64,000 bases of DNA from Azolla caroliniana. Taxonomy: Eukaryota > Plantae > Polypodiophyta. A program made the position numbers and the translations under genes. The stretch lies in the NCBI GenBank assembly GCA_043228905.1, contig JBHGNT010000004.1:7068001-7132000 (forward strand), in the 5' to 3' direction. Shown piece by piece: positions 25,098 to 34,585 of this stretch. The notes below the pieces were generated by a model. The model was not told the origin of the DNA and did not search any database. It saw only the letters and a list, made by a program, of their open reading frames with translations. How positions within the stretch are numbered: the stretch's first letter is position 1; each line of letters starts with the position of its first letter.

Positions 25098-25115
25098 TGG
25101 TGAACCCGACGTGAA
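25098..25115 (+). promoter_or_regulatory. PBS complementary to the 3' end of tRNA-Trp
   Basis: TGGTGAACCCGACGTGAA is the reverse complement of ...TTCACGTCGGGTTCACCA (plant tRNA-Trp 3' end, from memory); it sits 8 nt after the LTR. Confidence 0.8.
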
Positions 25116-25156
25116 CGAGGCGGTAGGAAGGATCAAGTCAAGATTAATACTTTGAG

Positions 25157-27355
25157 ATGGCATCCTCAAGCAACCAAGCAGGAGAGCTCGAAAGGATGAT
25201 GCTAATCGTCGAGCAAATGATGAGATCTCAGGACAACGACGCGAGCGTGGAGAAGGCTGTCGATCGTGTCGTAGAGCTCGAGGGCCAATTCGATGGAAGG
25301 AACGTTACGAAGTTCCTTGATGCATATAAGAGGGAGATGAATCAAAGGGACGTGTCCGAGGCACGTCAAATCGCAAGCTTCAAGAGAGTTGTCGCCAACA
25401 ACATCCAAAGACGCGTCATCGAGCTTCAAGAAGGAAAGACAACATGGTCTGAGTTCGAGAAAACGATACTAGCGGAGTTCGTGACTGAAGACTCAACGAG
25501 GATGACTCGACATGCCCTGATGAAGTGGATAGAGAAGAAGAATAAGAAGATGAGCGTCTCGAGGGTGTACGACGAATTCAACCAGATGTTTAGTCGTCTC
25601 CCCAATACGGACCAAGTGTTGCTTGAACAGGACAAGACTTTGTACTTCTTGAAGGCCGTGGACATAAAGGATAGACGGGAGTTGGGGACTCTTCTCGAAG
25701 ATGATACCCAAGCAAATGGGCTCGTAGCGGACTGGATCGCGGTGAAGCGGGCATGCAATAGGCTCGACAAGCGTTGCCAATGGGTTGATGACACCAACAT
25801 GACGGGACCGACTACCACGGAGAAAGCAAGACCGCCGAAAGTAGCTCAGCCACCAAGACAAAGTAACGTGGAAGAAAAGAAGATTGATGACGACATCATC
25901 GAAGAGTTAGCGAAGAAGTTCGAGAAGGTCACTCTAGCCAACATGAATCGTCGGGGCCCTAAAGGAAAAGAACCCTTTAGATGCGTGTGGTGCGATAGCA
26001 TGGACCACATGAGAAGGGATTGTGCGAGCCTTCGAGAGGCGATTCGACAAAATATCGTATACATAGAGGACAACATGATCTGCTCAAGCGAGACTAGAAG
26101 ACCCCTACGGGTGAATTTCGGAAGAGGAGGAATGAAGAGATCTATGGAGGATGCCGATGCGACTCATGTGGATGCGATGCACTATGCTGCGTCGGCCGGA
26201 ATAAGAGTCGGGAAAGACAAGACTGAAGCTGCTAGAGCGGGAGCAAAGTTTTGGACTTCCGTTCTCGAATATGAGAAGAAGGGAAAAGTCACATCGAACG
26301 AGGTAGAGCTTGCGGACCGAAACGTGCAAAGCATAACCGGGTGGTCGGATCCGGTGGACGACAACACCATACTCGCAGAGGTGATGTGCGACAACCACGA
26401 GGTGTTCGTCGAAGAAAAGAGAAAGAGAATAGAAGAGCAAGGGCCATCAAAAAGACATGAAACAAGGAACGCGAAAAAGAAGGACGATGCGGAGACGAGT
26501 CGACCTTTACAAACGGAGGAACGAGAATCAAGCCGAAAAGGGGAGCCGAGCATACGAGTTGAAGAAACGGTTCGGCCCGTGAAGGTTGGTGTCGAAGACC
26601 CCGCTCGGAGGACAAGGACCATACCTACCTATAAGCTAAGGTCGGACATAGAGCAGACGACGGACCTAAAGAAGATTCTCAAAGAACGAGTTCTTGATAG
26701 CCACGTAACTTTGTCCTTGAGGGAATTGCTTGGCATTACGAAGAAGGAGTTCCATGACACGATTGTGGACCTTGTAAAGAGAAAGAGACAACAATCGGAC
26801 GAGGAAGAAGGGAAGCCGCAGAAAGCAAAAACGAATGCCATAACGATGGCAAGAGAAGAAATCGATGAAGATATGGTGGACAGTCACTACACTCGACCTC
26901 ATTGGGCACGAGCGACAACGGAGACGCCGGTGAAGATCAGGGAGAAGAAAGAGACCGTCGTAGCCTTGATCGACCACGGCTCGGAGATCAACCTCATGTC
27001 AACCGACTTCTACAAAAAGGGAAGATGGCCAATCAATACAAACCATGGATGGAAGATTCACGCGGCAACAAAGTCTACGGAGGACTTGTACGGAGCTTGT
27101 CCCAATGTCAAAGTCACGATCAGGGATGTGGAGATGGATCAACACTTCTTCGTACAAGAATCGGCATCGCATCCTGTCATCCTAGGGCAACCTTATATCA
27201 CATCATCTCGGATGGAGACCAAAGTGTTCGATAATGGAGCAGCCTTCGCACGAATAAAGAGTCTTGACAACCAAAGATCGGTCCAATTCCTAACAGTGCG
27301 AGCCAATCATGAAAGGAATCGAGATAGTCTCGGAGGCGAATCCTCGGATTTTTAG
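25157..27355 (+). CDS. Gypsy B Gag-protease polyprotein (732 aa, uninterrupted)
   Basis: Zinc knuckle CVWCDSMDHMRRDC; aspartic-protease-like ALIDHGSEINLM...VILGQPY; stops immediately after GGATTTT. Confidence 0.85.
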   Translation: MASSSNQAGELERMMLIVEQMMRSQDNDASVEKAVDRVVELEGQFDGRNVTKFLDAYKREMNQRDVSEARQIASFKRVVANNIQRRVIELQEGKTTWSEFEKTILAEFVTEDSTRMTRHALMKWIEKKNKKMSVSRVYDEFNQMFSRLPNTDQVLLEQDKTLYFLKAVDIKDRRELGTLLEDDTQANGLVADWIAVKRACNRLDKRCQWVDDTNMTGPTTTEKARPPKVAQPPRQSNVEEKKIDDDIIEELAKKFEKVTLANMNRRGPKGKEPFRCVWCDSMDHMRRDCASLREAIRQNIVYIEDNMICSSETRRPLRVNFGRGGMKRSMEDADATHVDAMHYAASAGIRVGKDKTEAARAGAKFWTSVLEYEKKGKVTSNEVELADRNVQSITGWSDPVDDNTILAEVMCDNHEVFVEEKRKRIEEQGPSKRHETRNAKKKDDAETSRPLQTEERESSRKGEPSIRVEETVRPVKVGVEDPARRTRTIPTYKLRSDIEQTTDLKKILKERVLDSHVTLSLRELLGITKKEFHDTIVDLVKRKRQQSDEEEGKPQKAKTNAITMAREEIDEDMVDSHYTRPHWARATTETPVKIREKKETVVALIDHGSEINLMSTDFYKKGRWPINTNHGWKIHAATKSTEDLYGACPNVKVTIRDVEMDQHFFVQESASHPVILGQPYITSSRMETKVFDNGAAFARIKSLDNQRSVQFLTVRANHERNRDSLGGESSDF

Positions 27356-27408
27356 AGCGGACTATTCAAGCATGGGGCACAAATAGTCCGAGCAATCACA
27401 AGACCCCA
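27346..27408 (+). promoter_or_regulatory. Putative -1 ribosomal frameshift signal (G GAT TTT plus pseudoknot), Gypsy B
   Basis: Slippery heptamer 27346-27352; stem CGGACTATT/AATAGTCCG; loop TGGGG can pair with CCCCA at 27404-27408. Confidence 0.72.
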
Positions 27409-30400
27409 CAAGAAAGAAGAGCGCGTGGATTGCAAGGAGAAGCAACATGTGTCACACCTAGTGGCGCATGTAAACTAGTACTACCCGACAAGAAGCACAA
27501 GCGCCGGATACAAGAATTCGAGAAGATGTTGAAAGAAGAGAACATAATAGAAGAAGGAGAGTTCGTGACTCATATTATGGAAGAAGCCTCATTTAACGAC
27601 ACCATCGGCGAAATCGAGGACGTCGTGGACTTGAGCTATCTTCACAACCAACATGTGATTTCGGTTAACTCCGTCAACATGTACGCTATCATCGATGAAT
27701 ACCGTCGTGGCATCTCGATGAATGAAGCTGACATCAACACGAAATATAAAACAGTGGATAAGAAGATCAAACCAGTTGCGGTTCCGCTACCGGAAGATAG
27801 CTGGCAAAAGATGAAGGAAGTCGCTAACGATCCAAGCTTAAGAGATCCGAAGAAGATAGGTCATGACTTCACCAAAGAGATGAAGGGGAAGCTACGAGTT
27901 GGAAAGGAGGATTTCCTTCTCCCTGAAGAGGAGCGAATGTTTCGTGATATGCTTGAGAGACATGGGAAGGCTTTCGCATTCTTCCCACGAGAAATCGGAT
28001 GCGCCGACCCAAAGGTTATAGAGCCAATGGTGATCTTCACGGTGCCTCATGTGCCTTGGAATTTGAAACCAATACCGGTTTCGAGAGCACACCTTCAGAA
28101 GTTGATCGAGCTCTTAAAGGAGAAGGTGAGTATGGGAATTCTAGAACCGTCGAATGCTCCTTATTCTAATAGGTGGTTCACGGTGCCGAAGAAGAATGGA
28201 TCATTGCGATTCATCCAAGATCTTCAACCCGTCAACAAGGTGACAATTTGAAATGCCAGAATCGGTCCGAGCGTGGACGAATTTGCCGAAGCGTTTGCGG
28301 GCCAGTCCATCTACTCCATTGGCGATCTCTACTCCGGATATGACCAATTCCAGTTGGCGATCAACAGTCAGAACATTACAACCATGAGGACTCCGATCGG
28401 GCTTGTGCGGATGTGTACCTTACCCCAAGGCGCAACGAACTCGGTGGCTCATATGGTGAATGCCATGAATAAAGTCTTGAAGGATTGCATTCCGAACATC
28501 ACGATGCCATTCTTGGATGATATTCCGATAAAAGGATGTTCGGATGAGGAGAAAGATGAATCGAAAGATAAGGAAGGTTGTAGAAAGTTCGTTGCGAATC
28601 ATATGAAAGATTGCGAGAAGGTGCTTCAAAGGCTCGAAGATGCGAATTTGACATTTTCGGGAGAAAAATCCGCATTCGGGCAACCGGAGATCTTGGTGGT
28701 AGGTCACTTGTGTGGAGCATACGGCCGGAAGCCCTCGCCATCCAAAGTGAACGCAATCCAAGACCTGAAAGAAGAATGCGAAAACCAAACGGAGGTTCGA
28801 AGGTTCCTTGGAGCGTGCGCGTTTTATCATATATGGATTCCTCACTACGCTCATGTCGCCGAACCGTTATATGGACTACTAAAGAAAAGAATAAAGTTCG
28901 AATGGCGAGACGAGCACACAGAGGCGATGCAAAGATTAAAGAAACTGCTTCTTGAAGCTCCGGCACTAAGGAAGGCCGACTATGCCGAAGGGAAACCAAT
29001 TTACGTGCCTGTAGATACGAGCCCAACCGGAATCGGGTGGGTCATCAATCAAGAAGGTGAAGATAATGCGTGATATGCCGTCCGGTTCGGAGCAAAGGTT
29101 CTCAGCGAACGGCAACAAAGATATGCCCAAGTCAAGCGGGAACTTTGGGGTATTGTGTCGGCAGTGAAGACGGACAAAGATTACCTGATCGGATCAGAAG
29201 TGATAATAGAGACAGATTGTCTCCCAATTCTCGGAATGGTCTCGGGATGTGCGACCCCAGATCTTGCTATGCTAAGGTGGATCGCCTACATCAAGTCTTT
29301 AAACCCAGAGATCCGTCACATCGTAGGGAAGAAGAACGCCATGGCTGACATGCTGTTGAGGGCAAGATTTTCAAATGGAAGTAACATGGTTTCGGAAGAT
29401 GAAGATGTCGCCCTCGACTTCTTCAAGATGGCTCGATTGTCGGCGGAAGACCAGGACACGCAAACCCTCCACGCCTTCAACGAGAACGAGTACGAAGGAG
29501 AATGGTTACTGATCGGTAGATTCCTAAGAACATTGACGACAGATGCTTCGTTGACAAAGGAGGAGGCCCTACGAATCCGAAAGAAAGCTTATCGATACTT
29601 CTTGAAGGGAGGATTCCTTTGGCGACATCCAAAAAGAAGGACAGGAATACCACGTCGAGTGGTGGTAAAGAAAGAAGAGCAAGAGACGCTGATGACCGAA
29701 TTCCACGAGAGTGCTTGGGCAGGTCATAGAGGAACATGGGCGACGTTCGAAAAGTTGAAGGAGAAGTACTGGTGGCCAAGCATGTACAAAGATGTACTCC
29801 ATTTCGTGTCCACATGCGAAACTGCCAAGTATATTCAAATATACGTCATCGTGATGAGTTAAAGCCGACATACCCACTCACCATACACTTCAAATGGATG
29901 GTGGATCTGGTCTCGATGCCAATGGGAGTGGGACAAATGAAGTACTTAGCGTTGGCAAGGGAAGACTTGACAAATCAAGTGGAAGGACGAGCCTTGACAA
30001 ATAAGACGACTTCAGCCGTTTGTAAATCTTTACTTGAAGATGTTGTTTGCCGATATGGATGTGTAGGGAAGATAGTGGCCGATCGAGGGGAGTTGGACAC
30101 GCACGAAGCGACGGAGCTCTTCGAAAGACTAGGCGTGAAGCTCTCCCTCACGACTGCCTACAATCCGGAAGCAAATGGGAAGATCGAGCGAGGGCATGGA
30201 CCTATCGTTAAAGCCATCGTACGGGCATGCAACGGTCGAGTCGGGAATTGGCCACGACTATTACCCTATGCCTTGTGGGCCGATAGAACGACACATAGCT
30301 CGGTGACAGGGTATATGCTGACGGAGCTTATGTATGGACAAAAGCCGATTATGCCCATCGAAAGGACGATCGCCTCATGGGTAGCGATACCGTGGGAGAA

Positions 30401-30839
30401 CGAGATGAGCCAAGAAGAGTTATTAGCGGCGCGGATAAGGCAACTTGAAAGAAGACCTGAAGATTTAGAAAAAGCGCGAAAGATGATGAAGGCAGCCCGA
30501 GTAAAGAACAAAGTTCGGTTCGACAACACGCATCGACTTCGTCCCAAGAAGATTGAAGAAGGGGATTGGGTTTTGGTCTACGACAGCACCCTTGACAATC
30601 AACATAGTACAACAAGGAAGTTCGCAAGAAGATGGTTCGGGCCGTATGTGGTGACAAGTGCCAACGATAATGCCACATACCACCTTGCAGAACTAGACGG
30701 ATCAAGGTTGGTCGTACCCATTACGGGAAAAAGAGTAAAGCTTTTCAAGAAAAGACAAGACAAGGATCCTGACCTCGATTACCTCGACGATGAACATAAT
30801 AGGCCGGATGAAAATGAAGACATGGAGGAATCTAATTGA
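27346..30839 (+). pseudogene. Gypsy B Pol (RT, RNase H, integrase) in the -1 frame; two nonsense mutations and one frameshift
   Basis: DLYSGYDQ, LPQGATNS, FLDDIPIKG, DTSPTGIG, HHCC-like GH..C, DRGE, NPEANGKIE, RWFGPY. TGA at 28249 and 29071; frameshift near 29820. Confidence 0.88.
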
Positions 30840-30911
30840 TCATCGTAGCCGAAATCTCACTTCTTCTCTTCTTGGCACGTACCGGAGGACGTGCGGTTTG
30901 GTGGGGGTGGA

Positions 30912-31436
30912 TGTCGTGAAGATTTTCGGCAATAGTGTGAAAATCCCATAAAACATACAAAATCGAGTATGAATCATGTAATACAATAATTGTGAAGATA
31001 ACATTTTTAATATCTAAGTACAAAATGATGGAGGTTTCGAATGCACTTTATTACACGAGAAATGGACAACTAAATGTCAAGATATGAGGGTATAAAGTTT
31101 GTGAAAAGAAAAGAGAAAATTGTGAGATATCCCACATAGGCACGACAAATACGGCTCTCATCATATATAAGGTGGAGCAAAAGATATTATCTTTGTGTCT
31201 ATGTGTGGAGCATAGAGAGTTCAAGGTAACTTGAACTTAGAGTGGAGGAAATTAAGAAGAAGAAATTAAGAAGAAGAAATTCGTTATCAAATCAATCGTG
31301 TAATCTCATCTTCTCTCTTTCCTAATCTATCTTAAGTACTTTCTCGCCAAAGCTTGTATCGACTCTAAATCCTTCTGGTCCAGAACCCCGGCGGTTCCGC
31401 CTCACGATCCGCGCGTAGTGACGAATCTTCACGACA
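30912..31436 (+). repeat. 3' LTR of Gypsy B (525 bp, internally deleted)
   Basis: Lacks 473 bp of the 5' LTR and has a 14-bp duplication (AAATTAAGAAGAAG) at the junction. Confidence 0.92.
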
Positions 31437-32273
31437 GCGTGGACAGTCGGAAATCAACAACCGGATATTGTTTCAAATTCGACAATGGAGCAATCTCGTG
31501 GAAGTCGAAACTTCAGGAGCGCACAGCCACCTCACCAACCTAAGCAAAATATGTAGTTGCATTCGACACGGCAAAAGAAGCTTTATGGCTCGGTCGACTG
31601 GCGCACACGTTTCGACAAGTCGACTTCGACTCGGCTCTAGTTATCTACAGCGACAGTCAGGGTGTTGTCGCTTTGTCAAAAAATCTGGTTCACCACAACG
31701 CCTCCAAGCATATCAACGTTTGATATCACTTTGTTCGGGACTGCATCATTTCAGGGAAAATCGGTCTCGAAAAGATATCCACAACCGATAATGTCGCAAA
31801 TGGAATGACCAAGTGTCTTTCGACAGACCGCTTCCGGTCCCTTCGACACCAGATGGGCATAACGAAAAATCAGTCCGATTAAAGTCAGACACACAGCACA
31901 GGATGGTTTCGGACAACCGACATCAGTTCTTTGAGGATCGGCTTTAGCTCTTCCGACCCGACTGGTTCGGTCTTCTATCTTCAGATATTGCTGACTCGAA
32001 CAAAACCGATTTGTCCGATAAACCTTGTATATACTTGTAATTTCAGATAACCTATGTATACGCCCATTACGGGGGAGTGTCGAATACAAGTGTATAATGG
32101 CCGTATTCACACCGTCCCTTTGGACAGCCCAAGTTTGGGCTATTTTTGTAAATAGCATAAAGGGCAACTGCCCTAGGATAGTCACCATATAAAGTGACTT
32201 TGTAACCTTTAGTAAAAGAGGTTGGTTGTCATTTGTAACTATTGCTATTAAGAAATAAAACGTTTCTTTGTGC

Positions 32274-32344
<71 letters not shown>

Positions 32345-32436
32345 TCTCTCTGTGTATCTTGTTCATCCTCATACACAGGTCCTTCAACATCACAGATGTT
32401 GTTTGTTCTTCCGCACTAACGACCTTGTCCCCAACA

Positions 32437-34533
32437 AATGCCTGAGAAGGCATCACTGGCCTAGACCGGGCCATAGAGACAGTGGTCAGCACAACGGGTC
32501 TGTTCAATGGAAGAGATACCATGAGCTACTTGGATGCCTATAAGACCGAAATGCTTATGCGAAACATCCCTAAAGATAGGCGGCTAACTGGATTCGCTAG
32601 AGTGGTAATGCCGAATATCCATGCAGAGGTACTTGAGATCCAAGCGGACTGTTGCAATTGGCTGGAGTTCGAAGAAAGAATCCTTGAGAAGTATGGCCTT
32701 GATGACTCACTCAAAATTTCGAAAAGGGATCTAATGGAGTGGGTTGAGCTTCCCAACAAGGGGAGAAATGCTATGGTACTTCTACAAGAATTTGAGAAGC
32801 ACTTCGCGCGACTCTCGACTCTCGATAAGATGGTGCTTGACACAAGCAAGGTCCTACTATTCATAAAGGTTGTTGATGCACGAGACCGCGAGAATGTGGG
32901 GATCCTCCTCGAAACTGATGATGGGCTCACAACGGATTGGGTTATGGTAAAACAGGTTTGTAGTCGCTTCGATAAGAGAAGGGAATGGAACGACAGGTCT
33001 CTGTTGAGCGACCAAACATCCACAGGCTCCATTAGTGAGACACACAAACCCAAGGGTGGTAGAGTACCTCAAGAAAGAGAGCAAGCAAATGCAAGGTTCG
33101 TCCCCGAGAGAAACGTGGTTGCAGCACCATCGAGAGGGTCGGCAATAGACGAGCTCACAAAGATGGTACGAGAGCTCCAAATAGCGCAAGCTAGGAGAGA
33201 GAGTGGCGGCCCTCAAGATCGACATCCCCCGTTCGCGCAAAGATGTATGTGGTGCGACAATCCCGACTACCTATGAAGGGAGTGTGAAGACTTTCAAGAG
33301 GCCCTAAGAAGGGAAATAGTCTATCTTTGGAACAATAGGGTCTATTCGACGGAGACAAGGAGCTCCTTAGGATTGAATCAAGGCCGAGGGGGCATTAGAA
33401 GGCTAATGGAGGAGGCCGAAGCACGACATGTTGAAGCCGTCCACTACTCGGCGTCGGCTGGGATCCGAGTGGGGAAAGAGGGGAGGAGGCAAGAGGAGAA
33501 AGAGTTTGACTTTTGGCTGTCAATCCTTGGAAGCCTCTCTAAGGGAAAGTTCAAAAGAGAAGAAGCGAACGAAGTGGAAAGAAGGGTCCAAGAAGCAACC
33601 GGGTGGAAGGATCCGGTGGAAGAAAATATAGGCTTAGTGGAAGCCGCTTGCCAAAACTACGAAGTAATGGTAGAAGAGAAGAAGGTAGGAAATGACGAGG
33701 GAGCTGGTCCATCAAGGAAATACGACGCTCGAGGTGCACGAAGAAGGGAAGAGCCGAACCAGTCTCAAGCACGCGATGAAAGATGGAAAGAGAAGGGGAA
33801 CCCCCCCAACTTCAAGCTTTGCTCGGAGATCGAACAAGCAATGGACTTGAAGAAGGTAGTGGAGGAAAGGATCCTCGATAGTCACGTAGAGTTTACTCTA
33901 CGAGAGATCCTCGGAATTGCCAAGAAAGAATTCCACGAGGTCATCATCGACCTAATGAAGAGGAAGCTACTCTCGATGGAGCAAGAAGTGGCAAAGCCTG
34001 TGATTGTAAATATAGTGTCAACTGAGGTGCCCGAGGAAGACAAAGACAATGCGGACAGTCACTACACGAGGCCACATTGGGCGAGAGTGACAACGGAGAC
34101 ACCGGTACGGGTCGGAGATGTAAAAGAGCCGGTTGTAGCATTGATCGACCATGGCTCGGAGATCAACCTTATGTCCATGGACTTTTATAAAAAGGGAAAG
34201 TGGCCGATCAACACGAAACACGGGTGGAAGATTAGAGCAGCGACCCGAGCAACCGAGGAGCTATACGGGGCTTGCCCAAATGTACGGGTGAAGGTGGGGG
34301 ACGTAGAAATAGATCAACATTTCTTTGTTCAAGAGACGTCCTCACACCCAATCATCTTGGGTGAACCATACATCACGGCGGCTCTCATGGATACGAAGGT
34401 GCTAGACAACGGGTTGGCATATGCGAGGGTCAAGAGCCAAGATGGGAAGCATTCAATCCAATTCCTTACGGTGAGGCCCAACCATGAGCGCAATCGAGCC
34501 TCCCTCAAAGGGGAGAGCCGAGAGGATTTTTGA
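32437..34533 (+). pseudogene. Gypsy A Gag-protease (disrupted)
   Basis: Homologous to Gypsy B gag-pro (HYTRPHWAR.TTETP, ALIDHGSEINLM); same-frame TGA at 33274; the N-terminus is cut by the Copia insertion. Confidence 0.85.
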
Positions 34534-34585
34534 TGCGAGCTATTAAAGAGTGGGGCCGCAATAGCCCGAGGCAAACTAAGACCCT
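34524..34585 (+). promoter_or_regulatory. Putative -1 ribosomal frameshift signal, Gypsy A
   Basis: GGATTTT 34524-34530; stem CGAGCTATT/AATAGCCCG; loop TGGGG; downstream ACCCT. Confidence 0.68.

Larger units (their letters stand above)
24106..31436 (+). mobile_element. Ty3/gypsy non-chromovirus element B, structurally complete
   Basis: LTRs 24106-25089 and 30912-31436, 13-bp terminal inverted repeat TGTCGTGAAGATT/AATCTTCACGACA, 4-bp TSD GCGT, tRNA-Trp PBS, PPT GGTGGGGGTGGA. Confidence 0.93.
21085..32436 (+). mobile_element. Ty1/copia element, 5'-truncated, interrupted by Gypsy B; 3' LTR 32078-32436
   Basis: CNYCKKPGHIKADC, WLLDSGASYHV, LWHGRLGH, LVHSDVCGP, YKARLVAKGF, IIYVDNML. RNase H DFAGC|VDSRKST rejoins across Gypsy B. 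PPT GGGGGAG 32071-32077; LTR TGTCG...CCAACA containing a (CT)n tract. Multiple stop codons. Confidence 0.9.

Noticed and set aside
28249-28251. Programmed stop-codon readthrough in Gypsy B pol (also 29071)
   Set aside because: Gypsy A has Arg at both positions (CGA, CGC), so these are best explained as CpG-deamination nonsense mutations.
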